The notes: a model not told the origin generated them from the letters alone. Numbered from the stretch's first letter, positions 49,401 to 57,379 are shown. The stretch: DNA of 64,000 nucleotides from Gammaproteobacteria bacterium (GCA_026399315.1 JAPLRF010000033.1:16260-80259); one strand, 5' to 3'. Program-made: numbers and translations.

Positions 49401-50248
49401 GTTAGATTTGAAAATTCTTTTTTGAGTAAATAAGCATGCACCACATTATCGCGACCTTCTGCAGACAAAGGTTTTGTATTGCTATAACTTACATAGCCTG
49501 GAAATTTTAATTGATCGGCTACGGTAACTTTAAGATAGCCATTATTTTCAGCATCAAAAGGCCATTTAAAATCTTCAACCGCTTTTATCGCATCTAAAAT
49601 AACATCATCCGCATGACGTGTTGTTTTTGAACGGCCATCCGTTTGACGTAGTACACCCCGCAAAGTCGCTAATACTTCTAATACACCACCACGAATAATT
49701 TCTTGCTGTTCGTGTGAGTTTGGGTCTGTTTTTAATTCTAACGCGTGAAATTCTTTTAATTGTTTTTGGATAGCAATTATTTGTTTGTATTTATGTGTGG
49801 CGTTTGGATCTTGATTTAATTTTGCAAGATCATTACTTGATAATTCAGCTTCACCTTGATTATTTAATTTAGGTTGAAGTCCAAAAGAACGTTCGACATC
49901 GGCAATATATAAACCCAATGTGGAAATCGCAAGCGTGACCAGCGATGTTGCATCTAAACCCAAACCACGGTCAACCGCAGCATTCCATTCTTGGCTGTCA
50001 AAAGTAATGGGGTCGACATTCAATGATGTGATTAAACCGAATAAATGATCGTCATGGTGAAAGCCGAAAATGTCAGGTGCTGATGATTGAGTTTGTGGTT
50101 CAGCATTTTCACGAGGGCTATTTTGCGTGCTGTCTGCTTGCGAAATGCGAAATTCAATGATATCGCCATCGTTTTTTTTATAAACAGTTGATGCGATTTG
50201 AACATCATTTTTCTTTTTAAAATTACTTGGCGTATTAGACATATACAT
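46403..50248 (-). CDS. Large orphan protein (1,281 aa) with central hydrophobic hairpins (candidate membrane-targeted effector)
   Basis: Uninterrupted ORF. Hydrophobic stretches include VVYTVNTVVNLTVGLALLLPLCGAAIGKAFFAV and GGVFRLVHACFGLVIGVPIHAAM. In-frame tandem duplications are present. A PmrA-type promoter lies upstream. Confidence 0.7.
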   Translation of the reverse strand: MYMSNTPSNFKKKNDVQIASTVYKKNDGDIIEFRISQADSTQNSPRENAEPQTQSSAPDIFGFHHDDHLFGLITSLNVDPITFDSQEWNAAVDRGLGLDATSLVTLAISTLGLYIADVERSFGLQPKLNNQGEAELSSNDLAKLNQDPNATHKYKQIIAIQKQLKEFHALELKTDPNSHEQQEIIRGGVLEVLATLRGVLRQTDGRSKTTRHADDVILDAIKAVEDFKWPFDAENNGYLKVTVADQLKFPGYVSYSNTKPLSAEGRDNVVHAYLLKKEFSNLTDANKKEFKAQVENIKPSVGISVWQLPDPLPSMLRANRADGHVKRIGKFFARGVVYTVNTVVNLTVGLALLLPLCGAAIGKAFFAVKDDLKPRNVTKAYDMTPDSALEEEAKDVARKILKSIGQEGKPILDDAGYYAAFCNKVEQEINDSYATYDNNKKTKLRANIILHALLSALDENYKKLTVNNDHLQKHLSPFFKLSEIMQTRELCSKLNPLETKNEIKLSDLTDLTDLMLAENKLNPILAKPDHKQGPLFLRSSIFATIYHIASAISGVFENMGRRDPVSGTAAFYAMGHVMILKMHEQSSEGNWKIFDEMTASIKPATILFDQLLPLYHFLKSANPEIKISSEDENKFFARIEKLKTQGNSVQREQKKTIPQTSRGWQLAKEMTETLVGGVFRLVHACFGLVIGVPIHAAMRFFDADHTTLRVWDKYSGYNNAAGVIDGLRAIITWPFRLATYAVSTPVVAVMRATGSDAEAPVVSGFTRFARWVVGKTRAASTKRPDNVPLWRASMAEVRLVMPQVKKESDSFAHDNDDVLSEHILSAASAISIQGNHLASLQKVIDNLAKFKGSLTRSVPLLRLKSFNKNINGDSNITLTILKTLFRDEVEMIDKKMDEERITLHEKRDSIMLASLQRLFRKELSACKSSEGASADLSGNGAFFEAFRLVENNTKESNNTKESIDQRKAFVNALAGCEFDFNRLSPTQKLAEEVCEKTDEACAEIEKLEQAQRDELGNANSPNTARPRATSNAPFYDATTHEKVVRTVDVKDYLFVLEAVLVEYDKLNIGNKEGKDQSTLVTALRSICGNFMAKGFVEHTDITSFVLQTLYPKNKSDKEEKPINEPRNKFNDDISKKLGKDSISENNIRTAFRAVFAAVNESGDLLPATSAVCELLTGKNPVALGIVRTYQMTSPRSAEHGSVSSAVSPVDSNGDPAEKPSHSNNVEGDDTPHLNTSFRDDSASKGSPHYAGFFREQGSRSSQRCRYSPVDKLQSLPMKMSI

Positions 50249-50279
50249 TTCCCGGACAATACAGTTAAAAATTTCCTCT

Positions 50280-50311
50280 ACTTTACGCGAGGAAGCTTAA
50301 AAAAGTATTAA
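50280..50311 (-). promoter_or_regulatory. PmrA-type tandem box plus -10: TTAATACTTTTTTAAG-N10-TAAAGT
   Basis: Read on the minus strand, TTAA lies at 50308-50311 and 50297-50300, and the -10 at 50280-50285. It is ~32 nt upstream of the ATG at 50248. Confidence 0.55.
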
Positions 50312-50476
50312 ATTAACGCTTAATTTTTTCGAATTTACGTAAATCCCCCCGGTTTTAAAGCGAACTATTTTATTGCACATTTAGACAAAATTGCGCTTTA
50401 TAACCGCCCCCTTTTTCAAAGGGGGGTGATCGCATTGTTCAGATAGTCCCATCGCCAATGAAGATGCGAATTCAGA

Positions 50477-50551
50477 GATGAACTATCAGAAGTGGGGGCG
50501 GGAGCCCTCACGCGATTCTAGCAATGCAAAGCCCCGGTGCATTACCCCACC
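50477..50551. repeat. Family B palindromic repeat, right (inverted) copy
   Basis: Reverse complement of 46327-46404 (see that entry). A related fragment lies at 50588-50630, and a partial copy at ~53976-54023. Confidence 0.85.
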
Positions 50552-50704
50552 CCTTTCCTGCTTTTTTAAAAATATTTTGTGTGTTTGCGCGAGGGCTACC
50601 GCCGCTCGCTTCCGTTGGTTCGTCGCTAGATTTTATCGCCACCGCTTTTGGATGTGTTAAATGAAATTCATCGGCAGATTGAGTTGGGTATCATTTGAAT
50701 TATT

Positions 50705-50778
50705 TCGGGACAGCAGGATTTGAACCTGCGACCCCTTGCACCCCATGCAAGTACGCTACCAGGCTGCGCTATGCCCCG
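50705..50778 (-). tRNA. tRNA-Pro (anticodon GGG)
   Basis: The minus strand reads CGGGGCATAGCGCAGCCTGGTAGCGTACTTGCATGGGGTGCAAGGGGTCGCAGGTTCAAATCCTGCTGTCCCGA. It folds as a cloverleaf with acceptor CGGGGCA/TGTCCCG, anticodon stem CTTGC/GCAAG with loop AT-GGG-GT, and T arm GCAGG-TTCAAAT-CCTGC. CCA is not encoded. Confidence 0.9.
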
Positions 50779-50840
50779 AAAAGAAAAACAAGATTACTGG
50801 ACGTCATGATAATTTGCAAGAAAACTGTCAGCGTAATAAT

Positions 50841-51233
50841 TTATATTTCTTCAAGCTCTTTCACAATGATTTCAAGTTGCGCAACAGTAGATTGTAGTGC
50901 CGCATGCGAACGCTGCATTTTTTGCAATGAAATACTTTCATCGCCTGACAATTGCAAGCGCGCACCTTCAATGGTGTAGCCTTTTCCATATAATAAGCTT
51001 TTAATCTGACGCACCAGCAATATATCTTTGCGTTGATAATAACGGCGATTGCCGCGTCTTTTTGATGGCGTTAACTGGGGAAACTCTTGTTCCCAATAGC
51101 GCAAGACATGTGGCTTCAATTGGCAAAGCTCAGCAACTTCGCCAATTGAGAAATACAGCTTATCGGGAATGGGTGATAAATCAGTATCACTCGTTTCGAT
51201 TTTCTGAATCGCTTTGTCCTTGTGATCCGGCAT
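50841..51233 (-). CDS. MerR-family transcriptional regulator
   Basis: HTH: [25 protein letters not shown]...RRGNRRYY. It sits directly downstream of ihfA and overlaps it by 47 nt. Confidence 0.8.
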   Translation of the reverse strand: MPDHKDKAIQKIETSDTDLSPIPDKLYFSIGEVAELCQLKPHVLRYWEQEFPQLTPSKRRGNRRYYQRKDILLVRQIKSLLYGKGYTIEGARLQLSGDESISLQKMQRSHAALQSTVAQLEIIVKELEEI

Positions 51234-51516
51234 AATTCTCCACCCTGGATTTTAATTTATGACCTGCTCGGAATGTCACAACGCGACGCGCTGTGATTGG
51301 AATTTCTTCACCCGTTTTTGGATTACGCCCCGGACGTTGATTTTTATCACGTAAATTAAAGTTGCCAAATCCGGATAATTTAACCGATTCGCCTTTTTCC
51401 AAAGACATGCGAATTTCTTCAAAAAAATATTCGACCAGTTCTTTTGCTTCGCGTTTATTTAGCCCAACCGTATTAAACAAATGTTCAGCCAAATCCGCTT
51501 TTGTGAGTGCGCCCAT
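51187..51516 (-). CDS. ihfA: Integration host factor alpha subunit
   Basis: LTKADLAE...[52 protein letters not shown]. Confidence 0.95.
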   Translation of the reverse strand: MGALTKADLAEHLFNTVGLNKREAKELVEYFFEEIRMSLEKGESVKLSGFGNFNLRDKNQRPGRNPKTGEEIPITARRVVTFRAGHKLKSRVENYAGSQGQSDSENRNE

Positions 51517-51518
51517 CG

Positions 51519-53915
51519 TTATGCCCTCAAAGTTGCGTTCAACTCCCGTTCAAGCGCGATGACAACACCATGAATTATCGCGTTTATTTCCTCATCTACT
51601 AGAGTGCGTGATGGATCTTGAAACGTCAAGCCCAAAGCGATACTTTTTTTGCCCAATTCTATATTTTTACCTTGATAGACATCGAAAATCATCACATCCT
51701 GAAGCTGAGAACCCGCCTGCTGCTTAACTAAAGTGCTTATTGCAGCGGCCGAAGTTGCCTCATCAACCACAATCGCCAAATCACGGCGAACCGATGGAAA
51801 ACGTGAAAAAGTTTCATAATGCGGCACTGAGATTCGCTTAATCGCTTCCAAATCGAGCTCGCAAACGATGACCGGTTGGCGAATATCGAAGTGATTGAGG
51901 ATCTGCGGATGCACTTCGCCCAGATAGCCGATGAGCTTGCCGTCGCGCATGAGCGAACACGAACGCCCCGGATGCAATGCAGTATTAACAAGGCTTTCAT
52001 TAGCATGCATGGAAACGGAAGCGACAGCGACCGTGTGATCGAAAAGAAGCGCTTGAATATCCGCTTTTAAATCATAAAAATCCACCGCGCGCTTTTTCTC
52101 ACCCCACTGTTCTGACACTACGCTACCGGTAATAACCATCGCCAACTTCGGCGTTTGCGCATCACCAGAAAAACACAAACCCGTTTCAAATAAACGCACA
52201 CGTTCACATTGATGGCGCAAATTCAGTTGAACTGCTTGTAATAAACCTGGCAATAAACTATCGCGCATCACAGACATATCTTGTGATAAAGGATTTTTCA
52301 AGGTAATTGGTTTTGCCGCCGGTGAAAACAAAGAAAACAATTCCGGAGAAATAAAACTATACGTAATGGCTTCATGATAATCGCGATCGATTAAAAAGTG
52401 GCGGATTTTTTTGTCACTTAATTTTCCTTCTGCGTGCGATTTCATGCTTAAATTCGCCACCATTTCCAAGGAAGGAATCGTATCGTATCCGGTCATTCGC
52501 GCTAATTCTTCGATTAAATCAACCGGCAAACTCACGTCAAAACGAAAACTGGGCGGAATCACTTCCCAGCCATTTTCCAGCGATTCTACAATGAAACCCA
52601 GTGATTCTAAAATTCGCACGACATGATTATCTGCGATAACAATCCCCACTGTTCGCTGAATTTGATCGCGCGCTAAAAATATTGCTTCACGCCTTGGTAA
52701 ATTATTTTCTGAAACCACTTCAATTATTTCTTCTACCGTACCACCCGCAATCTCTAAAATTAATTGTGTCGCGCGCTCAATTGCCTCACGCGGCAAACTA
52801 AAATCGACACCGCGCTCGAACCGATGTGAACCATCGCTCGTAATACTGTGTCTTCTTTTACTTAAGCAAACTGTTTTCGGCAAGAAAAAACACGCCTCTA
52901 GAAATATATCTTTTGTATTTGTTGTTACGCTCGAATCAACGCCGCCCATCGCACCCGCTAATGCCAGCGGCTTTTCTTCATCTGCAATAATTAAATCGTT
53001 TTCTGTTAATGTAATGAATTGCTCGTCTAATAATTTTATTTTTTCATTTGATTTGGCGCGACGTACAATAATGTTATTTTTAATGGTTGATAAATCGAAA
53101 GCATGCATCGGCTGACCCAATTCCAACATGACATAATTTGTAATATCGACAACAGGATTAATTAAGCGCGTGTTGGCGCGTTGCAAGGCATGTTGCATAT
53201 AAGACGGTGTTTGCAGTGTATTATTCACATGACGAATAACGCGACCGACGTAACGTGGACAGTCTTCTGGGGCTTGTATCGAGATTGACAATGAAGATTG
53301 GGAGCTTGTGATTGGTGTTATTTTTACTGATTCCTGATGTTTTATCGCTGATCCCTGTATCGCTGCTGCCAAATCACGTGCAACACCGCGAATACTCAAT
53401 GCATCGCCGCGATTCGGCGTGATATCCACATCAATAATGCAATCATTTGATTTGAAATAATCATTAAAATCATCGCCGATTTTTGCATCAGCGGGCAATT
53501 CTATAATGCCATCAATCAATGATTTCCCCATTTCCAATTGCAATTCTTTTGCGGAGCACAACATGCCTTGCGATAATTCACCGCGCAACTTAGCTTCTTT
53601 AATTTTAAAATCACCCGGTAAAACTGCACCAACGGTTGCAACAGCCACCTTAATGCCTGCGCGCGCATTGGGTGCACCACAAACGATTTTCAATAATTCT
53701 TTTTCGCCAACATTCACCTCACAGCAAGATAATTTGTCGGCATTGGGATGCTGAGCACGCGTGACGATTTCACCAATGACAACACCGGAAAATTTTCCAG
53801 CAACAGGCGTAATGGCATCGACCGTCAAGCCAAGCATCGCCATTTGTTCGGTTAATTGTTCTGTTGTTAAGGCAGGGTTCACCCACTGACGTAACCATTG
53901 TTCGCTGAATTTCAT
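51519..53915 (-). CDS. pheT: Phenylalanine-tRNA ligase beta subunit
   Basis: [14 protein letters not shown] start (ATG 53913-53915), with tRNA-binding, B3/4, B5 and FDX-ACB regions in order. ~798 aa. Confidence 0.9.
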   Translation of the reverse strand: MKFSEQWLRQWVNPALTTEQLTEQMAMLGLTVDAITPVAGKFSGVVIGEIVTRAQHPNADKLSCCEVNVGEKELLKIVCGAPNARAGIKVAVATVGAVLPGDFKIKEAKLRGELSQGMLCSAKELQLEMGKSLIDGIIELPADAKIGDDFNDYFKSNDCIIDVDITPNRGDALSIRGVARDLAAAIQGSAIKHQESVKITPITSSQSSLSISIQAPEDCPRYVGRVIRHVNNTLQTPSYMQHALQRANTRLINPVVDITNYVMLELGQPMHAFDLSTIKNNIIVRRAKSNEKIKLLDEQFITLTENDLIIADEEKPLALAGAMGGVDSSVTTNTKDIFLEACFFLPKTVCLSKRRHSITSDGSHRFERGVDFSLPREAIERATQLILEIAGGTVEEIIEVVSENNLPRREAIFLARDQIQRTVGIVIADNHVVRILESLGFIVESLENGWEVIPPSFRFDVSLPVDLIEELARMTGYDTIPSLEMVANLSMKSHAEGKLSDKKIRHFLIDRDYHEAITYSFISPELFSLFSPAAKPITLKNPLSQDMSVMRDSLLPGLLQAVQLNLRHQCERVRLFETGLCFSGDAQTPKLAMVITGSVVSEQWGEKKRAVDFYDLKADIQALLFDHTVAVASVSMHANESLVNTALHPGRSCSLMRDGKLIGYLGEVHPQILNHFDIRQPVIVCELDLEAIKRISVPHYETFSRFPSVRRDLAIVVDEATSAAAISTLVKQQAGSQLQDVMIFDVYQGKNIELGKKSIALGLTFQDPSRTLVDEEINAIIHGVVIALERELNATLRA

Positions 53916-54139
53916 CGGTGAATTCCTCATTTATTTAAGCGCCCATCATACCCCGATATTTTACAAAAACAAAACCGTTCGTACTGTGAAAATGCGAATT
54001 TAACGATGAACTATCAGAAGTGGGAGCGGTAGGTATAAAATTAAAGTCATCTTTTCCTTTCGGAAATTTATATCGTTTAAATTGTCAAGAGCCATAAAAT
54101 ACGTTATATCTGTACAGATGCTTTACAAGACACATAGGA

Positions 54140-54703
54140 ATGGATGCCATGAATAAAACCATCACGTTCAGCTTAATGGGATTAAGCTTAATGATGAGCA
54201 GTGTTTCAAACGCCCAAAACTGCGCCTGTCTTCACCGTGGCGGCTGGCAAGGCAACAATACTTATTTTCGTTGCGAACAAAATTCGTGTCTTTTAAACAG
54301 AATTCCCAATGGCAGCACCGGCGCTGTTTGGACGGTCGACAACACCGTCAATTTCCTCAAGCAAGGCGTTGATTACGTTTCCCAACCCGATGGTTCAATC
54401 GCTTGCCCTAAAGCTTACAGACACGCTAATCCAGGTATTGCCACACAATGTCAAAATAATAAAGCGGAAGTGCATCGTAACGGTCTACCGCAGTGCGCAT
54501 TCCCCGAAGACTGGAAACCCAGTGAGAATAACACTGGCGAATATTCTTGTGATATCGACAAAACAACCACAGTCCGTTGCGCGTATGATGTCATATCAGA
54601 AGGGGTGAATCTCAGCAGCCCAACCTCGCTGGAATTGGATTGTGCGACACTGGAAGCAAGCGCAAGCCCTTTGGAATGCGCAAAATGCTTTAATCCACTT
54701 TAA
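54140..54703 (+). CDS. Secreted cysteine-rich protein (187 aa, 12 Cys)
   Basis: Signal peptide MNKTITFSLMGLSLMMSSVSNA|QN. The mature part has 12 Cys. No recognisable family. It lies on the opposite strand between pheT and pheS. Confidence 0.6.
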   Translation: MDAMNKTITFSLMGLSLMMSSVSNAQNCACLHRGGWQGNNTYFRCEQNSCLLNRIPNGSTGAVWTVDNTVNFLKQGVDYVSQPDGSIACPKAYRHANPGIATQCQNNKAEVHRNGLPQCAFPEDWKPSENNTGEYSCDIDKTTTVRCAYDVISEGVNLSSPTSLELDCATLEASASPLECAKCFNPL

Positions 54704-54718
54704 GACCACGCCAGGCTC

Positions 54719-54899
54719 GTATCTACTCCAAACTCAGAGGGTAACTGAAATAGTTGCTGTTAGGGGTATCAGGGATCAGCTGTCTGGGATCGGTGTTCGC
54801 ATTCTGACACCGACCCCCGATCTCAGATCCCGGATCCCGGATCACTTTTCAGTTGGTGTATTGCTATTTCCGTCACCCTCTAATTTAGAGCGGATACAT
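54719..54899. repeat. Family D element, full-length copy D3 (~180 bp)
   Basis: Termini are GTATCTACTCCAAA ... TTTAGAGCGGATAC (inverted). The interior matches both halves of copy D1. The right end abuts the pheS stop codon. Confidence 0.75.
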
Positions 54900-55966
54900 T
54901 AAAACTGCTCAAGAAAGCGTAAATCATTTTCAAACATAACGCGCAAATCATTAATACCATAATGCAGCATGGCCAAACGTTCTAAACCAATACCAAAGGC
55001 AAAACCCGTATATTTTTTTGAGTCAATCCCAACATTTTCTAAAACATTAGGATGAACCATGCCACAACCCAGCACTTCAAGCCAGCGGATGTGCGCACCA
55101 CAAGCTTGTTGCACTACGGCAGATTCATTACCCGTTCGCGCGCAGGCTTCCGCCCCCGCTTCCGTTCTATTTGATTTCCACTCAATATCCACTTCCGCAG
55201 ACGGTTCTGTAAACGGAAAATAACCAGGGCGAAAACGCAAAGGAATTTCTTTTTCAAAAAAGGCGTTTAGGAAATTCTGCAACAAACTTTTTAAATGCGC
55301 AAAATTACAATGCTCATCCACTACCAATCCTTCTAATTGATGAAACATGGGCGTGTGTGTTGCGTCATAATCTCGGCGATATACCCTACCCGGCGTGATT
55401 ATTCTAATCGGTGGCTTTTGATTTTTCATGACGCGAATCTGCACGGGCGATGTATGCGTTCGCAATAATTTTCCATCCGGGAAATAAAATGTGTCTTGTG
55501 ATTCCTTTGCAGGATGATGATCAACAAAATTCAATGCGGAAAAATTATGATAATCGTCTTCAATTTCTGGGCCTTCTTCTACAGAAAAACCCATTTGCGC
55601 GAATAATTCAATAACACGTTCACGCACGCGCGTGACTGGATGCAAACATCCTGTCGATTGTTGCCCACGACCCGGCAAAGTAACATCAATTTTTTCCGAT
55701 GATAATTTTTCGTTTAATTCAGCAGTTTTAAATTGATTGTCTTGCGCATTTAATAAATCTTGAATTTGGGTTTTAGCATCATTAATTAACTGCCCTACTT
55801 TCGGACGTTCATCAGCGCTCAGCTGACCAAGCTGCTTCATTAATTCAGTGAGGTCGCTTTTTTTACCTAAATATTTAATACGGAGGTCTTGAATATCGGC
55901 TACGTTTTTAGCGGAGGCGATGAGGGATTTTGCTTCGTTGATGATGATGTTTAATTTATTCTGCAT
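54899..55966 (-). CDS. pheS: Phenylalanine-tRNA ligase alpha subunit
   Basis: Collinear with E. coli PheS ([57 protein letters not shown]). The start is set at the second ATG (55964-55966), which has GGAG 6 nt upstream. It carries an in-frame GC-rich insertion. Confidence 0.9.
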   Translation of the reverse strand: MQNKLNIIINEAKSLIASAKNVADIQDLRIKYLGKKSDLTELMKQLGQLSADERPKVGQLINDAKTQIQDLLNAQDNQFKTAELNEKLSSEKIDVTLPGRGQQSTGCLHPVTRVRERVIELFAQMGFSVEEGPEIEDDYHNFSALNFVDHHPAKESQDTFYFPDGKLLRTHTSPVQIRVMKNQKPPIRIITPGRVYRRDYDATHTPMFHQLEGLVVDEHCNFAHLKSLLQNFLNAFFEKEIPLRFRPGYFPFTEPSAEVDIEWKSNRTEAGAEACARTGNESAVVQQACGAHIRWLEVLGCGMVHPNVLENVGIDSKKYTGFAFGIGLERLAMLHYGINDLRVMFENDLRFLEQF

Positions 55967-55978
55967 CACAGACTCCAT

Positions 55979-56005
55979 AAAAAAACCCAGCGAGTAGCTG
56001 GGTTT
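55979..56005 (-). terminator. Intrinsic terminator hairpin abutting the pheS start (rplT terminator and/or pheS attenuator)
   Basis: The minus strand reads AAACCCAGC-TACTC-GCTGGGTTTTTTT, and the T tract runs straight into ATGGAGTCTGTGATG of pheS. Confidence 0.65.
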
Positions 56006-56048
56006 GAATTAAATACTCAGGCGAATAGGAGTGTGTGCATTGGTTATT

Positions 56049-56165
56049 TTCCACTCGCTAATGCTCGGGGCGCTGAGGCTCGGGGCTCTGAGCGCTGAGG
56101 TTAGTTTCCACTCGCTGACGCTCGGGGCTCTGAGGGCTCGGGGCGCTGAGGCACGAGCGGTGAGC
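56049..56165. repeat. Tandem array of GC-rich family A repeats in the rplT 3' flank
   Basis: Two ~55-nt units: CCACTCGCTAATGCTCGGGGCGCTGAGGCTCGGGGCTCTGAGCGCTGAGG and CCACTCGCTGACGCTCGGGGCTCTGAGGGCTCGGGGCGCTGAGG. Confidence 0.85.
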
Positions 56166-56522
56166 TTACACCAACGCAGCAGATGCCTGTTTCGCCAATG
56201 CCGCAAATCCAATTTTGTCATGCACTGCTAAATCAGCCAATACTTTCCGATCTAATGTGATATTCGCTTTTTTTAAGCCATTCATAAAACGGCTATATGA
56301 AAGACCATGCGGTCTTACTGCGGCATTGATACGGGTGATCCATAATGCGCGGAATTCGCGTTTACGTTGACGACGATCGCGATACGCATATTGTAATGCT
56401 TTGATAACGGCTTGTTTGGCAACACGGAATACGCGGCTACGCGCACCATAATACCCTTTTGCCATTTTTAATATTTTTTTGTGACGTGCTTTCGCCGTTA
56501 CACCACGTTTTACTCTTCCCAT
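56166..56522 (-). CDS. rplT: 50S ribosomal protein L20
   Basis: [39 protein letters not shown]. Confidence 0.95.
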   Translation of the reverse strand: MGRVKRGVTAKARHKKILKMAKGYYGARSRVFRVAKQAVIKALQYAYRDRRQRKREFRALWITRINAAVRPHGLSYSRFMNGLKKANITLDRKVLADLAVHDKIGFAALAKQASAALV

Positions 56523-56581
56523 TGTCTTACTCCACTTTTGTTATACACCTTCGCTTTCGCTGAGTGTGGGTTTTAAAAGAA

Positions 56582-56779
56582 TTACCGAACACACATCATG
56601 CGTTCAACTGACAATTTGTCACACTCTTTCATTGTCGTTTTACCGCGCAATTGACGTTTACTTTTTTGCGATTTCTTCGTCAAAATATGGCTGCGTGTTG
56701 CACGACGTTTTTTAAATGTGCCATCACCACGCGCTTTAAAGCGTTTTTTGGCACCGCTGTTTGTTTTCATTTTTGGCAT
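56582..56779 (-). CDS. rpmI: 50S ribosomal protein L35
   Basis: [15 protein letters not shown]...; 65 aa. Confidence 0.9.
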   Translation of the reverse strand: MPKMKTNSGAKKRFKARGDGTFKKRRATRSHILTKKSQKSKRQLRGKTTMKECDKLSVERMMCVR

Positions 56780-56845
56780 AGTATTCTCGCTTCATTCACT
56801 CATTCAACTAAATACAATCACAGATCCCAGATAACAGACCCCCGA

Positions 56846-57379
56846 TCACTTCTTACCCATCGCCACTAACATCGTAATTTGACGACCTTCCATTTTCGCT
56901 TCCTGCTCAACTACCGCTCCTACAGGCAAATCTGCTTTCACGCGGTTAATAAATTCAACACCCAAATCTTGGTGCTGTACTTCGCGACCACGAAATCGCA
57001 AACTGACTTTAACGCGATCACCGCGCTCTAAAAACTCGGCGATTTTGCGCATCTTAATGCGATAATCACCGATATCTGTTACTGGTCTGAACTTTATTTC
57101 CTTGACCTGAATTTGTTTTTGATGCTTCTTTTGCTGTGTTCGACGCTTACTTTGATCAAACACATATTTTCCGTAATCCATGATCCGACACACTGGCGGC
57201 TCATCATTCGGTGAAATCTCAACAAGATCAAGCATGACGCGTTTGGCCTGCATCAAAGCATCTTCAATGCTCACAATACCGACTTGCTCACCATCTTGAT
57301 CAATCAAACGCACTCGCGGCACACGGATTAAATCATTAACACGTGTATTTTTACTTGCTCTGATGTTGGTTTCCTCCAA
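56846..57379 (-). CDS. infC: Translation initiation factor IF-3
   Basis: VRLIDQDGEQVGIVSIEDALMQAK...DLVEISPNDEPPVCRIMDYGKY. There is no ATG or GTG near the N-terminus. The candidate starts are TTG (57377-57379) or ATC (57362-57364). Confidence 0.9.
   Translation of the reverse strand: MEETNIRASKNTRVNDLIRVPRVRLIDQDGEQVGIVSIEDALMQAKRVMLDLVEISPNDEPPVCRIMDYGKYVFDQSKRRTQQKKHQKQIQVKEIKFRPVTDIGDYRIKMRKIAEFLERGDRVKVSLRFRGREVQHQDLGVEFINRVKADLPVGAVVEQEAKMEGRQITMLVAMGKK

Noticed and set aside
45380-50704. Direct repeat of the tRNA-Pro 3' end (TCGGGACAGCAGGATTTGAACC) that would mark an att site for an integrated island
   Set aside because: I found no second copy between kdsB/ycaR and the tRNA, and no integrase gene. 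The islet idea rests on position and composition only.
54309-54902. ORFs 54309-54608 and 54642-54902 (+)
   Set aside because: The first is an alternative frame within the Cys-rich protein gene. The second lies in the family D3 repeat.
56010-56045. pheM-like Phe-rich leader peptide upstream of the pheS terminator
   Set aside because: The only short ORF is MHTLLFA, with a single Phe and no obvious antiterminator alternative.
56009-56231. 70-aa and 66-aa ORFs between rplT and pheS
   Set aside because: They lie entirely within the family A GC-rich repeat array. The translations simply repeat [10 protein letters not shown]-type units.
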